Source: a virus (lineage: Duplodnaviria; Caudoviricetes). From it: a DNA stretch of 64,000 nt. Where the stretch lies: the IMG/VR virus record IMGVR_UViG_3300027983_002389; one strand, given 5' to 3'. Position numbers and translations under genes: made by a program. The notes beneath the pieces are model-generated. The model made no database searches and was not told the origin of the DNA. It was given only the letters and a program-made list of their open reading frames with translations. The first letter of the stretch is position 1. Each line of letters opens with the position of its first letter. Of the stretch, positions 1 to 8,901 are shown in pieces.

Positions 1-2
1 AT

Positions 3-869
3 TCTTATCACGGCAAGGACGGCGGCGTGCCGTTCCAGTGGCTTGATACGGATGAACGATATAAGGACATGGGAAATATGTCCGACAATGATGAAGGTGT
101 TCGTCTGGAAGGTTTCATTCCTGACAGCCTTCGGGAGATCATGAAGGTTCCTTCTATTCTTGAGCATATTCCTCAATTGAAGGAAATGTCCGAGGCTAAT
201 GATTTCAATCCTGAACGTGTTCGCTATCACACGGCACGGGCGATCATGGCGATGATGACCGCCAATAAATTCATTGTGGCTGATTTTGTTTCAGGCAAAC
301 ACCCGGAATGGACTGGTGCAAAGCAGACCGGCAATGAAATGATCTCGAAGATGATTGAAAGTGGTTTCTTTCCAAAAGAAGCATACGAGCCAATTAAAGA
401 GATTATTGACAACTATATCGGCACACGAGCATTTGCCGAAAAGTTGACCGCATTGCTCACTGCCAATTCGTATTGGTTGCCCGCCGAGATTCGTGAGGGT
501 ATTCCTAAGTTCGCCTCAGAACTCGAAAGTATTTGTATGTCTCCGGTTGTTCCGAAGGAATTCAGGGACGATGACGATGATGACGATGACGATGATGATG
601 AAGCCGATGAAGAGATCGAGCCGAAGCGGGTTCGAGTGTGGAATGGCGATCAGAGCGAGTCTTTAGGTGAAGGTAACTATGTTGGCAACGTGGCAATCTA
701 TGCCATCGAAATGCCAGATGGTTCACTTCGATCTAATACGAACGCTGAGATTGAGCCTGAAGACGTGCCTGAAGGTGGAATCGTTCGTAAGATGGGCAAC
801 AATCCCAAGATCGTGCTGGACAACGGACAAACGGTTTATGGGTGCCAAGTTTGGTGGGAGCCGGTATGA
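3..869 (+). CDS. Hypothetical protein, 5' end probably outside window; poly-Asp tract
   Basis: Frame open from window start; acidic low-complexity linker. Confidence 0.7.
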   Translation, partial: SYHGKDGGVPFQWLDTDERYKDMGNMSDNDEGVRLEGFIPDSLREIMKVPSILEHIPQLKEMSEANDFNPERVRYHTARAIMAMMTANKFIVADFVSGKHPEWTGAKQTGNEMISKMIESGFFPKEAYEPIKEIIDNYIGTRAFAEKLTALLTANSYWLPAEIREGIPKFASELESICMSPVVPKEFRDDDDDDDDDDDEADEEIEPKRVRVWNGDQSESLGEGNYVGNVAIYAIEMPDGSLRSNTNAEIEPEDVPEGGIVRKMGNNPKIVLDNGQTVYGCQVWWEPV

Positions 870-990
870 ATCTGATTCTGCTAATCATTGCCTCAATCTG
901 CATTGGCAATGGGGTCAATGCACTTACGGGTTGGGGCATTTTTATTCTTGGTGTCATCTTCCTGGGTGGCATCAAGATTGAATTCAGAGA

Positions 991-1302
991 TTGAATATGG
1001 AAATAGAAATCAAAGTCAGAAAAAACTGGGATGAAACCGAGCTTGCCAAACGTATTGCTCGAATTGTTTCATACAGCGATGCTTTTTGTCAGAAGAAGGA
1101 AAGTGGCTACAAGTGGTCGCTGAATTACCAAGGCAATGATTGGTGGATGAGTGGCATTGAAGAGGTCGAAGGTCGCCTTGGCTTCGACAGCCATAGACAC
1201 GCCATCGTTAAAGTTTCATACCGTTATGGTCACGGTCATGAAAAGATGATGGAAGCACTCAAGGTCTTTTTGCAATGGGAGGTTGGGGTTCATGAAGATT
1301 GA
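991..1302 (+). CDS. Hypothetical protein
   Basis: ORF in co-oriented run. Confidence 0.6.
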   Translation: MNMEIEIKVRKNWDETELAKRIARIVSYSDAFCQKKESGYKWSLNYQGNDWWMSGIEEVEGRLGFDSHRHAIVKVSYRYGHGHEKMMEALKVFLQWEVGVHED

Positions 1303-1546
1303 ATACATCGTGATGGAAGGTGATCCTCGCAATGGCAAACAACGAGCATTTGATTTTTTGCCTATCGACAATGCCTTCACCACTGAGGAAGCAGCAGAAG
1401 CGGCTATCACTCACTATTTCGCCGACTTTGTCACGGGTCTAGGTCCGGTTTTGTTTGTCTTGAAGGTGTTTAACGGAAAAAACAACTAAAGTTCGGTAAC
1501 TTTCAGCCGATATAACTTTCAACCACTCACTAACAAGAACACTTTC

Positions 1547-2740
1547 ATGGCTAACGATCACGATCAACAAAAACAACTGCTTATTCCCGAAACCATCAAG
1601 GTTGGGTATCAAAAACGAGACGACACATACACTGGCAAATTGGCCTATGTGATCTACACCGATCATAAGGGCGTTTTGAGAAAAGCAACGTCCTGGGAAA
1701 GCTGGCGTGACAAGAAGATCACAGCCAGTGATTACAACAATGAACCAACTGATGGTTTTGTTCTCAATCGTGGCGTTGGTGGCGCTCGTCGGTCATACGG
1801 CTGGAATGCTCGCAATGAGTATATTCGTGTCTACGATCCTCGTGGATTCGAGTTTGAGATTTCCATCGCCAACCTTCTATTCATTCTCCGGGAAGGTGCC
1901 TGTAGTCCCGGCAAGGGTCTTGAAGGACAGTTTGTCTACGCTTGGGATGGCACGGAGCTAGTATTGCTCCCGGTTGCTTCGCAGGATTACCAAAACTGCA
2001 AGCAATTCACTGATCTGCAAAGTCAAGGCGTACATGCAAAAGACCTTGTTGATGGAGCCAGCTACACCACCAAGAAGCAGGATGTTCTCACTTACCTTGG
2101 TAAGTTCGATTATTATTTCGTACTGGAAATGCAGCATCGTTCTGAATGGAATATTGGCAATCTCTCATACACTCTTCAGCCAAGGACCAAAGCTGATACC
2201 AAGGGTCAGATTAAGCTGTATGTCTTTTGGAATGGTAAGGACTTTGTTTACTTAAAGGAACTCAAGTCACTGGCCGTTCGCAATGGCGATGCCATTGCCG
2301 ATGACTATGCTAAGTTGGTTGACAAGTACAATAAGTCGGCCCACGGGTCCAAGGTCGTCAAATTGTTCCTGAAGGATGTTGCCGAGTCTAAAAAGGACAA
2401 AGAGGGATATTATTATCAAGATGATCCTTGGTACATTGAGTCAGAAGACGGTTCTTTCATTGAGTGTCGCACCAACTATGAAAGAAAGTGGAACGCCGCT
2501 ACTGGCAAATACAATGACCACAAGATTTCTGGAGTATCGGCAGTTCATCGTTACTTCATCAATGACGATGGGGTGTTCACTCAAGAGCCTTGCTCTATTG
2601 ATTTACGCCCTGATGCAGTCAAAAAATCTACAACCCCTACACTCGCTCGTCTCTTTGTCGAGACGGAAAATGGTGGCAAGGTCCGTGTGGACAAGCTCGC
2701 TAACAGATACTACAAAAACGCTTTAACAAAGGACATTTAA
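1547..2740 (+). CDS. Conserved large-phage hypothetical protein
   Basis: 397 aa; motifs KVGYQKRDDTYTGKLAYV and RVYDPRGFEFEI recalled from large-phage hypotheticals. Confidence 0.8.
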   Translation: MANDHDQQKQLLIPETIKVGYQKRDDTYTGKLAYVIYTDHKGVLRKATSWESWRDKKITASDYNNEPTDGFVLNRGVGGARRSYGWNARNEYIRVYDPRGFEFEISIANLLFILREGACSPGKGLEGQFVYAWDGTELVLLPVASQDYQNCKQFTDLQSQGVHAKDLVDGASYTTKKQDVLTYLGKFDYYFVLEMQHRSEWNIGNLSYTLQPRTKADTKGQIKLYVFWNGKDFVYLKELKSLAVRNGDAIADDYAKLVDKYNKSAHGSKVVKLFLKDVAESKKDKEGYYYQDDPWYIESEDGSFIECRTNYERKWNAATGKYNDHKISGVSAVHRYFINDDGVFTQEPCSIDLRPDAVKKSTTPTLARLFVETENGGKVRVDKLANRYYKNALTKDI

Positions 2741-2744
2741 TCAA

Positions 2745-3188
2745 ATGGCAGCTACAGACAAAAAGACTCTTGAATTGATTGGGCAGGTCAAGGCAAAGAA
2801 GGCAGCAATCGCCAAGGCTGAAAAACCCAGCTACAAAACCAATATGTCATTCTCGTATATCGAGGGAAACAAAAGTTCTGCCAGCAACTTGAATGTCGAA
2901 TCGGACTTGAAAAGACTGATCTGCATTGCAGCTTTTCTCACCGAACGCAGTGCATCCTACACGTTGGTTGCCACCAAGGTTTTGGGGGTGGATAAGCCGC
3001 CTGAATTCACCTGGGACGGCTACACGGTTGATGATTGGATCGGCGACTTGAAGATGAGGATTACGAAAATCCAAATCGTCGCCGAAAAGAAGAAGCTGGA
3101 ATCGTTGGAAGAACGGCTCAACAAGATTATCAGCCCTGAAAAGCGTGCTGAACTCGAACTTGAGGCTATTGCCAACGAGTTGGGATAA
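2745..3188 (+). CDS. Hypothetical coiled-coil protein
   Basis: SD AAGGA; follows 1547 gene. Confidence 0.75.
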   Translation: MAATDKKTLELIGQVKAKKAAIAKAEKPSYKTNMSFSYIEGNKSSASNLNVESDLKRLICIAAFLTERSASYTLVATKVLGVDKPPEFTWDGYTVDDWIGDLKMRITKIQIVAEKKKLESLEERLNKIISPEKRAELELEAIANELG

Positions 3189-3206
3189 TTTTCCTAATTA
3201 TCACGC

Positions 3207-3212
3207 TAAATA
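3207..3212 (+). promoter_or_regulatory. Late-type promoter TAAATA, 5 nt before leaderless ATG
   Basis: cgcTAAATAatggtATG; same geometry at six other sites. Confidence 0.65.
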
Positions 3213-3217
3213 ATGGT

Positions 3218-4576
3218 ATGAGATTCAGTTTCCGCAAATGGCTTGAAGCCGAAGATAACAACCCACAAATCCAGTGGCGCAGTGATATTCCGACCTACCA
3301 TCAAGGTTTGGTCCGGGCAGATCAGAAGCGTCCTGGATTTGTGCATGTTTATGATCCGAGTCATTATGGTGCCGGAAACAGAAAAGTCTTCCATGACGAA
3401 CATGGCGAAGTCGGATATTCTCTATTGCCCCAGGATTCTCCTTTACAAAACCATGTCAATCCAGGTAAAATAGAAATAGCTGGGGTTTACAACCACGGTG
3501 GAGATCGTACAAAAGGCTGGGGCGTTCATGCCATTAAACACGCTGTTCGACAGGGTGGCAATTACTTGGAAGCCTTTGAAGGGAACGATAGATTCTCTCT
3601 TCCTTTATATTATCATTCCCACTTAGGAGTCGAACCAGTTGGATATTTGCCTTGGGATAATCAATATGCCCCAAAGCGGTGGAATGCAGAAAGAGATAAC
3701 GAGCCTGGAATTGTCCAGATGCAAATCCCACCAGAGGCAATGGCAGATTTAGATGCTTGGTTGAGCGTTAGACATGACAACGATCAAGCTGTTTTTATGG
3801 CCAAGTTGAAAAGACTGAAACAACAAGCGGGTGTTCAGATGGAAGAAAACAAAAAACATAGCGGCGGTCACGATGCCAAGAAGCACAAGGATCATTGCGT
3901 ATCTCCAGAAGAATATAATCGTTTGGTTGCCGGGGTTGACGACTTCTATTTTGGATCAGGAGATGATGATCCTGTTCCTTCTCCCGATGACAAAATTGGT
4001 CGCTTCATTCACATGAAGGCTCACGAGTGGAATGTCAGCATCACTGAAGCGGCTGAACGCTCGATGGCACGTCTTTATGGGCAAATCAACAATAACGACA
4101 AGACAGTGATTATTGTCACGGCGTTTCGTCATGAAAATGACCTGAAGACCAATCGTCAATTGAATGTATCCCTGGGTTCTGACCTTCGTAAGTTGGGATG
4201 GGGATATACACCTGTTATGGGTGGCTTTGTCGAGAAAGGTGAGGGCGGCAAAGACGTTCACGTTCAAGAAGAATCGTTGTTCGTCAATGCAACTGGTGAT
4301 TCGCACCAAGTTGTTAGAACTGTTCACGAGTTGCTGAAGAAATATCAGCAGCAAGCCGCATTGGTCAAGTTGCCAGACGATCCAATTGCTGTATTGTTGT
4401 GGGATGATGGTCACACCACACCAGCCGGTCAATGGCACGCCGATCCTCAGCAGATGGCTCAATACTACACGCAAATGAGAAGCGGACCTCCGGGTCGTCA
4501 ATTCAAGTTCGAGGCAGCAGGCGACGATTCGGTGATGACTCGCATGGCGGTCGAGAACTTCTTCAAAACTCGCTAG
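3218..4576 (+). CDS. Putative head-packaged protein: GNAT-like N-domain plus DUF3293-like C-domain
   Basis: N-terminus MRFSFRKWLEAE; RTKGWG...LPLYY (GNAT motif A/B-like); IVTAFR...N..LN..L...L...GWG...GGF.E...EESLFV. Confidence 0.6.
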   Translation: MRFSFRKWLEAEDNNPQIQWRSDIPTYHQGLVRADQKRPGFVHVYDPSHYGAGNRKVFHDEHGEVGYSLLPQDSPLQNHVNPGKIEIAGVYNHGGDRTKGWGVHAIKHAVRQGGNYLEAFEGNDRFSLPLYYHSHLGVEPVGYLPWDNQYAPKRWNAERDNEPGIVQMQIPPEAMADLDAWLSVRHDNDQAVFMAKLKRLKQQAGVQMEENKKHSGGHDAKKHKDHCVSPEEYNRLVAGVDDFYFGSGDDDPVPSPDDKIGRFIHMKAHEWNVSITEAAERSMARLYGQINNNDKTVIIVTAFRHENDLKTNRQLNVSLGSDLRKLGWGYTPVMGGFVEKGEGGKDVHVQEESLFVNATGDSHQVVRTVHELLKKYQQQAALVKLPDDPIAVLLWDDGHTTPAGQWHADPQQMAQYYTQMRSGPPGRQFKFEAAGDDSVMTRMAVENFFKTR

Positions 4577-4581
4577 TATGC

Positions 4582-4610
4582 TTTACAATGAGTGGATTTT
4601 ACGGTAAAAT
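4582..4610 (+). promoter_or_regulatory. sigma70-like promoter overlapped by a 31-nt palindrome
   Basis: TTTACA-N17-TAAAAT; inverted repeat 4588-4618. Confidence 0.7.
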
Positions 4611-4616
4611 CCACTC

Positions 4617-5276
4617 ATGAAAGGCTACATCCTCCCCAACGAAAATGTCGATTACCTGGACCATCTGTTGCTCGCCAACGGACTTCTTCAGGTTCTTCCG
4701 GCACCTGTTCTTGCAGTCATTCCTCAACTCCATCTGAGTATTTGGGGAAATAAGCGAGGCGTATATTGTTTTCCCACCACTGAACTAATTGAGTGGTTGC
4801 GAGATCAAGTTGCCGGTCGCAGTGCCATCGAAATATGTTCTGGCACAGGTGTTATTGGTCGGGCTTTGGGAATTCCCAGCACTGACTCGTATATCCAAAC
4901 CACGCCGGAAATGATTGCCTATTACGCTCTGTACAATCAGAAACCCATCTTTCCGCCTCAAGACGTGCATAAGTTCGAGGCCATTGAAGCTGTCGATCAC
5001 TTCAAGCCAGCCATTGTTCTTGGTTCTTACATCACGCAGAAATATCTGCCGGGTGATGAAGATGCCCAACCAAAGATTGGTTCTTCTTTTTATGGCGTTG
5101 ACGAATTAGCTCTATTGCCCAAGGTTGAGACTTATATTGCCATTGGCAATAAGACTTCGCACGGCGATAAGCGCATTCGTAAATTCCCTCACACAACCCA
5201 TCAGTTTCCTTGGTTGTTTACCCGTTCGGTAAAGCCAGAGGAAAATGAAATCTCAGTTTGGAGCCGCAATGATTGA
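4617..5276 (+). CDS. Hypothetical protein with SAM-binding-like motif
   Basis: AIEICSGTG resembles methyltransferase motif I. Confidence 0.5.
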   Translation: MKGYILPNENVDYLDHLLLANGLLQVLPAPVLAVIPQLHLSIWGNKRGVYCFPTTELIEWLRDQVAGRSAIEICSGTGVIGRALGIPSTDSYIQTTPEMIAYYALYNQKPIFPPQDVHKFEAIEAVDHFKPAIVLGSYITQKYLPGDEDAQPKIGSSFYGVDELALLPKVETYIAIGNKTSHGDKRIRKFPHTTHQFPWLFTRSVKPEENEISVWSRND

Positions 5277-5592
5277 AGCCTTGAATTATGAACAACTTGA
5301 ATGTCTGAATAGCTGGCCTGCGGTGTGTGGGCATCAGCCAGCTTGCTCAGGCTCTTGAAGAAATCTGGAGAAATCTGGAGGAATCCAGAGTTCCATGATG
5401 AACGAATGCAACTGTTGATGTTGGGTGTATTTTTAGGGAATTGGTTGATCGTTCCATATTTCACCCGCACTAGGGATCGCAGGTTGAATCTGCTCGGTCC
5501 TAGCCGTGAAGATCACACTAAGGGATTTTTCATTGGTTTGATTGCTGCATTTCTTGTTTTTGTTTTCTATTGGCTTTTTGGTTGGGAAAGTT

Positions 5593-5865
5593 ATGAAGCC
5601 ATATTCATTGATGACACCAGAAGAACAACGAGCGGTTTGGTTACGATCCCGATATTCCGGTAGATATTTGGGAATTGCAAACGTCGTTCACAAAAACACC
5701 AATTCAAAGTTTGATTTTTATTGGAAGCAGGGCAACAGAGTTGTAATTTGTTACTTAGGCTGTAATGGCACTTGCTTGTCTGGAGGATACGATCCAGAAA
5801 CTAAAACCCTCATAGGGTTGCCACAAGAATTTGCCGCACCCTTTTTTGAATTGCTTGAAAAATGA
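5593..5865 (+). CDS. Hypothetical protein
   Basis: ATG 5593; ATGA overlap with next gene. Confidence 0.55.
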   Translation: MKPYSLMTPEEQRAVWLRSRYSGRYLGIANVVHKNTNSKFDFYWKQGNRVVICYLGCNGTCLSGGYDPETKTLIGLPQEFAAPFFELLEK

Positions 5866-6473
5866 GAAATGTAGCCTTATTCGATCTCGATGGTTCCCTT
5901 GCTGATTATGTCGGAGCATTGGTTCGTGACATGAATTTATTGGCAAGTCCAGAAGACGAGCCAATCACCGCCGATAACTTGTATTCGCTCGAAAAACAAG
6001 ATCATATTCGCAATCGAATGAGGCTCATTAAGCTGCAACCAAATTGGTGGCTCGATTTACGTCCTATCGAAATAGGTGTATGTGCCCTTGCCTGGGCAAA
6101 AGACATTGGATACGACATTCACGTTCTGACAAAAGGGCCTAAAAAGGCGTCTCTTGCTTGGAAGGAAAAACTCGAATGGTCCCAGCGACATCTTGGGATA
6201 TATTGTGGCGACATTGATGTGCATATCACCAGCGACAAGGGACTTGTTTATGGCAAATTGTTATATGACGATTATCCAGAATACATGGACGCATGGCTCA
6301 AACATCGTCCTCGTGGATTAGGCATTATGCCTGTCACTTCATATAACAAGGATTACACTCATCCCAATGTGGTCAAGTGGGATGGCACAAACCTCGAAGA
6401 ATTAACCACTGCGTTGAAACTAGCCTTTAATCGTCAGTCAGGAGAAGAATTGTGCTTTCCCGCAAAAAACTGA
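5862..6473 (+). CDS. HAD-family 5'(3')-deoxyribonucleotidase (NT5C-like)
   Basis: DLDGSLAD motif I, LT, EK..W, LYDDYP motif IV. Confidence 0.8.
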   Translation: MRNVALFDLDGSLADYVGALVRDMNLLASPEDEPITADNLYSLEKQDHIRNRMRLIKLQPNWWLDLRPIEIGVCALAWAKDIGYDIHVLTKGPKKASLAWKEKLEWSQRHLGIYCGDIDVHITSDKGLVYGKLLYDDYPEYMDAWLKHRPRGLGIMPVTSYNKDYTHPNVVKWDGTNLEELTTALKLAFNRQSGEELCFPAKN

Positions 6474-7273
6474 AAGTAGAACAGCCTCTTAGTCCGTTCG
6501 CCAGCACTGAAAATCACAGCAGCAACGAACCGCTGTTAATTGATCCAGATGCCAGAGTGTCTTCTTTGGAATCGCTCAAAAGTGCTATTGGGGCTTTGAG
6601 TTTTTTACATGAATTGATTACAAAGGGAACGGCGACTATTGGCATTCGACACAATACGCTTGGTATTTGTCGAGCGAAATTGGGACAACTTGATAAGTTT
6701 TTGGGAGCCAAGGACGATCTCAAGCAAGAAGAGGAATTGAAAAAGAATCTTCTTCGTCAAGCCAATCTGGAAAATCATCGACTTCGTGAAGAAATGGGCA
6801 AGGGAGTCACCATTGAATCTATTGGCAGCAAGCTGCATCAGCTTGACCGCTCCATCTACAACTGGTGGCAAAACCTGGGATTTACTTACAGTTCGGCCAA
6901 GTTGCAGCCACATTCTCATGGAGCAACATTTCATGTGGAGTTCTCTGTCGGCGTAGAGCGACACGTTAGCAGTCATTCAGAAAAGCCTGTGACCGATAGG
7001 GCCAGGATGAATGCAAAACGAGAGGCACTAGGCGCTGAACTGGAAATCGTTTACAAAAGCGATGATCCATATGTGGTGGACAATCCCAATAATCGGGCGT
7101 GGCTCACCAATAAATTCAAAGAAAGATTTCCTACCTGCCGCATTTGGAAGTGGGAGTCAATTTCTGCTCGTGGACTTGATGATGTATTCCAGATTCGTCA
7201 TGTAGAAGTGAATATCGACATGACGGATGTTGGCGATGAACCTGAAAAGAATGAAAAATACGACGGATTCTAA
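6452..7273 (+). CDS. Hypothetical protein
   Basis: 273 aa ORF. Confidence 0.7.
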   Translation: MLSRKKLKVEQPLSPFASTENHSSNEPLLIDPDARVSSLESLKSAIGALSFLHELITKGTATIGIRHNTLGICRAKLGQLDKFLGAKDDLKQEEELKKNLLRQANLENHRLREEMGKGVTIESIGSKLHQLDRSIYNWWQNLGFTYSSAKLQPHSHGATFHVEFSVGVERHVSSHSEKPVTDRARMNAKREALGAELEIVYKSDDPYVVDNPNNRAWLTNKFKERFPTCRIWKWESISARGLDDVFQIRHVEVNIDMTDVGDEPEKNEKYDGF

Positions 7274-7350
7274 TTTCGACCCCGAACCTGCACCGCATTT
7301 CAAGAGTCCTATCGGTAGATGGGAACTCTTTTTCTTTCAATGAGGACAAC

Positions 7351-7575
7351 GTGGCAAAAATGCAAAAAGTCCATTGTAATTCTCGCATTGGAAAATGGAC
7401 GGTGCTTCGTGAAGATGGAGCCGTGATGTGTCATGGGTCCAAACAAAATATTGAAGATTTTTTGGATTGGAAGCAGAACGCCGACGCCGAGACGGAACGA
7501 AAGCGAAAAGCAAGAATTCACAGAAGAATGTGCGAACTCTTGAATTGGCTTTACAACAATAAAAAAGGACGGTAA
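7351..7575 (+). CDS. Hypothetical protein
   Basis: SD GAGGA then GTG. Confidence 0.55.
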   Translation: MAKMQKVHCNSRIGKWTVLREDGAVMCHGSKQNIEDFLDWKQNADAETERKRKARIHRRMCELLNWLYNNKKGR

Positions 7576-7578
7576 AAT
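7550..7578 (+). promoter_or_regulatory. sigma70-like promoter
   Basis: TTTACA-N17-TAAAAT with GG before -10. Confidence 0.65.
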
Positions 7579-7603
7579 CTCTCAAGGCAAAAATACTTTA
7601 ACC

Positions 7604-8203
7604 TTGGGAGACGAAGCCGTGCCGAAAAGTCAAAGTGATTACATTCGTGAAGAGTTGGAGCGGGATTTTAATGCACCCGCTGCCGCAATTGTGGCCCGAA
7701 TCTTAAAGAAGGGGCTGCGATGCAACGTACAGAATGTGTACCTGGGACAGCATATTATCAACATTTTGACTTCTCACCCTGAAGGTCTTTCTGACCGTGA
7801 CTTGACTGGTAGAATCCTACTGATTCAAGGGGATTCCATCAAGAAGGCTGGTTATACCAGTCGTGCTACCGATTTCTTGACGGTGGTTTGTGAGAAGTTG
7901 CATGACATGGTAGAGAAGGGTCATATCGCCAAGAATGGCTTGCAATACAAGCTGCACGGCCTTAATGCCGAACTATACACACGCACAGCATTGGAACTGG
8001 CTCTACAGCAAGTTGCCGAGGTTGTTGCCGAGGCGTCTGATCTCGACGTGCTTCGAGAGGCCGTCACTGATTTCGCCAGGGCCAAGGGCATTGCCGACCC
8101 GGAATTGTTCCCCGATACGTTGATTCGTCAGCGTCGAGAGTTCATTCAGGCGCAAACCCAATACTTCACTCTGTTTGAGTCGGGTTCAAATGGAAGCAAG
8201 TGA
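7604..8203 (+). CDS. Hypothetical protein, possible winged-helix DNA binder
   Basis: ORF downstream of promoter; helical segments. Confidence 0.55.
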   Translation: MGDEAVPKSQSDYIREELERDFNAPAAAIVARILKKGLRCNVQNVYLGQHIINILTSHPEGLSDRDLTGRILLIQGDSIKKAGYTSRATDFLTVVCEKLHDMVEKGHIAKNGLQYKLHGLNAELYTRTALELALQQVAEVVAEASDLDVLREAVTDFARAKGIADPELFPDTLIRQRREFIQAQTQYFTLFESGSNGSK

Positions 8204-8219
8204 CTTTTTACAATCCTGG

Positions 8220-8249
8220 TCCTTGACTCGGTAATCCTTGACTCGGTAA
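8220..8249 (+). repeat. 15-bp tandem duplication
   Basis: TCCTTGACTCGGTAA x2. Confidence 0.95.
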
Positions 8250-8387
8250 GTCGTCTTTAGCGGCGGGGTAGTTCACATAGATGATGCTGCGTTTGGTCGC
8301 CCTCTTAAATATATCGAATATGAAAGACCTGTCGTTGATTGGTCTAAAGTTGTTGAAACGTTAAACATTAAAGATAGAGAGCAATTT

Positions 8388-8585
8388 ATGGTAGAAATAG
8401 ATTTTCGCAAAACAGGTGTTGATGTAGCAAAAAATATTATTGGAATGAAAATCGAAGATGCAGAACAATATGCTGAACAAAACGGTTTTGTTTTGTATTC
8501 AATTCTTGCAACATGTCGATTTAAATCAAACAGAATTCAATATGATTTATAGAATGGGTTGATCACATCAGCCATTCATGGATAG
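8388..8585 (+). pseudogene. Small gene with in-frame TAG at 8550
   Basis: MVEIDF...NRIQYDL*NGLITSAIHG*. Confidence 0.5.
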
Positions 8586-8593
8586 GAGAGAAC

Positions 8594-8783
8594 ATGGCCT
8601 TAACACAAAATCAAGTTAACGTCTGACAAAAATATTGTCGATATAGAAGTAGATGAATTTTTAGACGACATGAATAAGACTGGTCAAGATCCAATTAGTC
8701 AAGGAGTTCCATTGGGGGACAATTGCAATGGTTATATTAAACTGACCACAAAAGCACAGGGATATGATTTAGACAAATCGTAA
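8594..8783 (+). pseudogene. Frameshifted or internally deleted small gene
   Basis: SD GGAG plus MALTQNQVN, then another frame reads SDKNIVDIEVDEF...GDNCNGY...GYDLDKS*. Confidence 0.45.
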
Positions 8784-8830
8784 GGAGATATTATGAGTAT
8801 GGATTTTTTATTCCCGATAAATTGTCGAAA

Positions 8831-8862
8831 GGTCGAACCAGGAGAACACTTCACTCTCTAGG
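8831..8862 (+). promoter_or_regulatory. ECF-sigma-like promoter, copy 1
   Basis: GGTCGAACCA-N16-TCTAGG. Confidence 0.75.
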
Positions 8863-8901
8863 TAGGTGGCAAAGATGAGCAACCGAACCGGAGAAAGTGA
8901 T

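Noticed and set aside
7284-7312. Sixth ECF-like promoter (GAACCT...GTCCTA)
   Set aside because: Lacks the GTCGAACCA and TCTAGG consensus; left uncalled.
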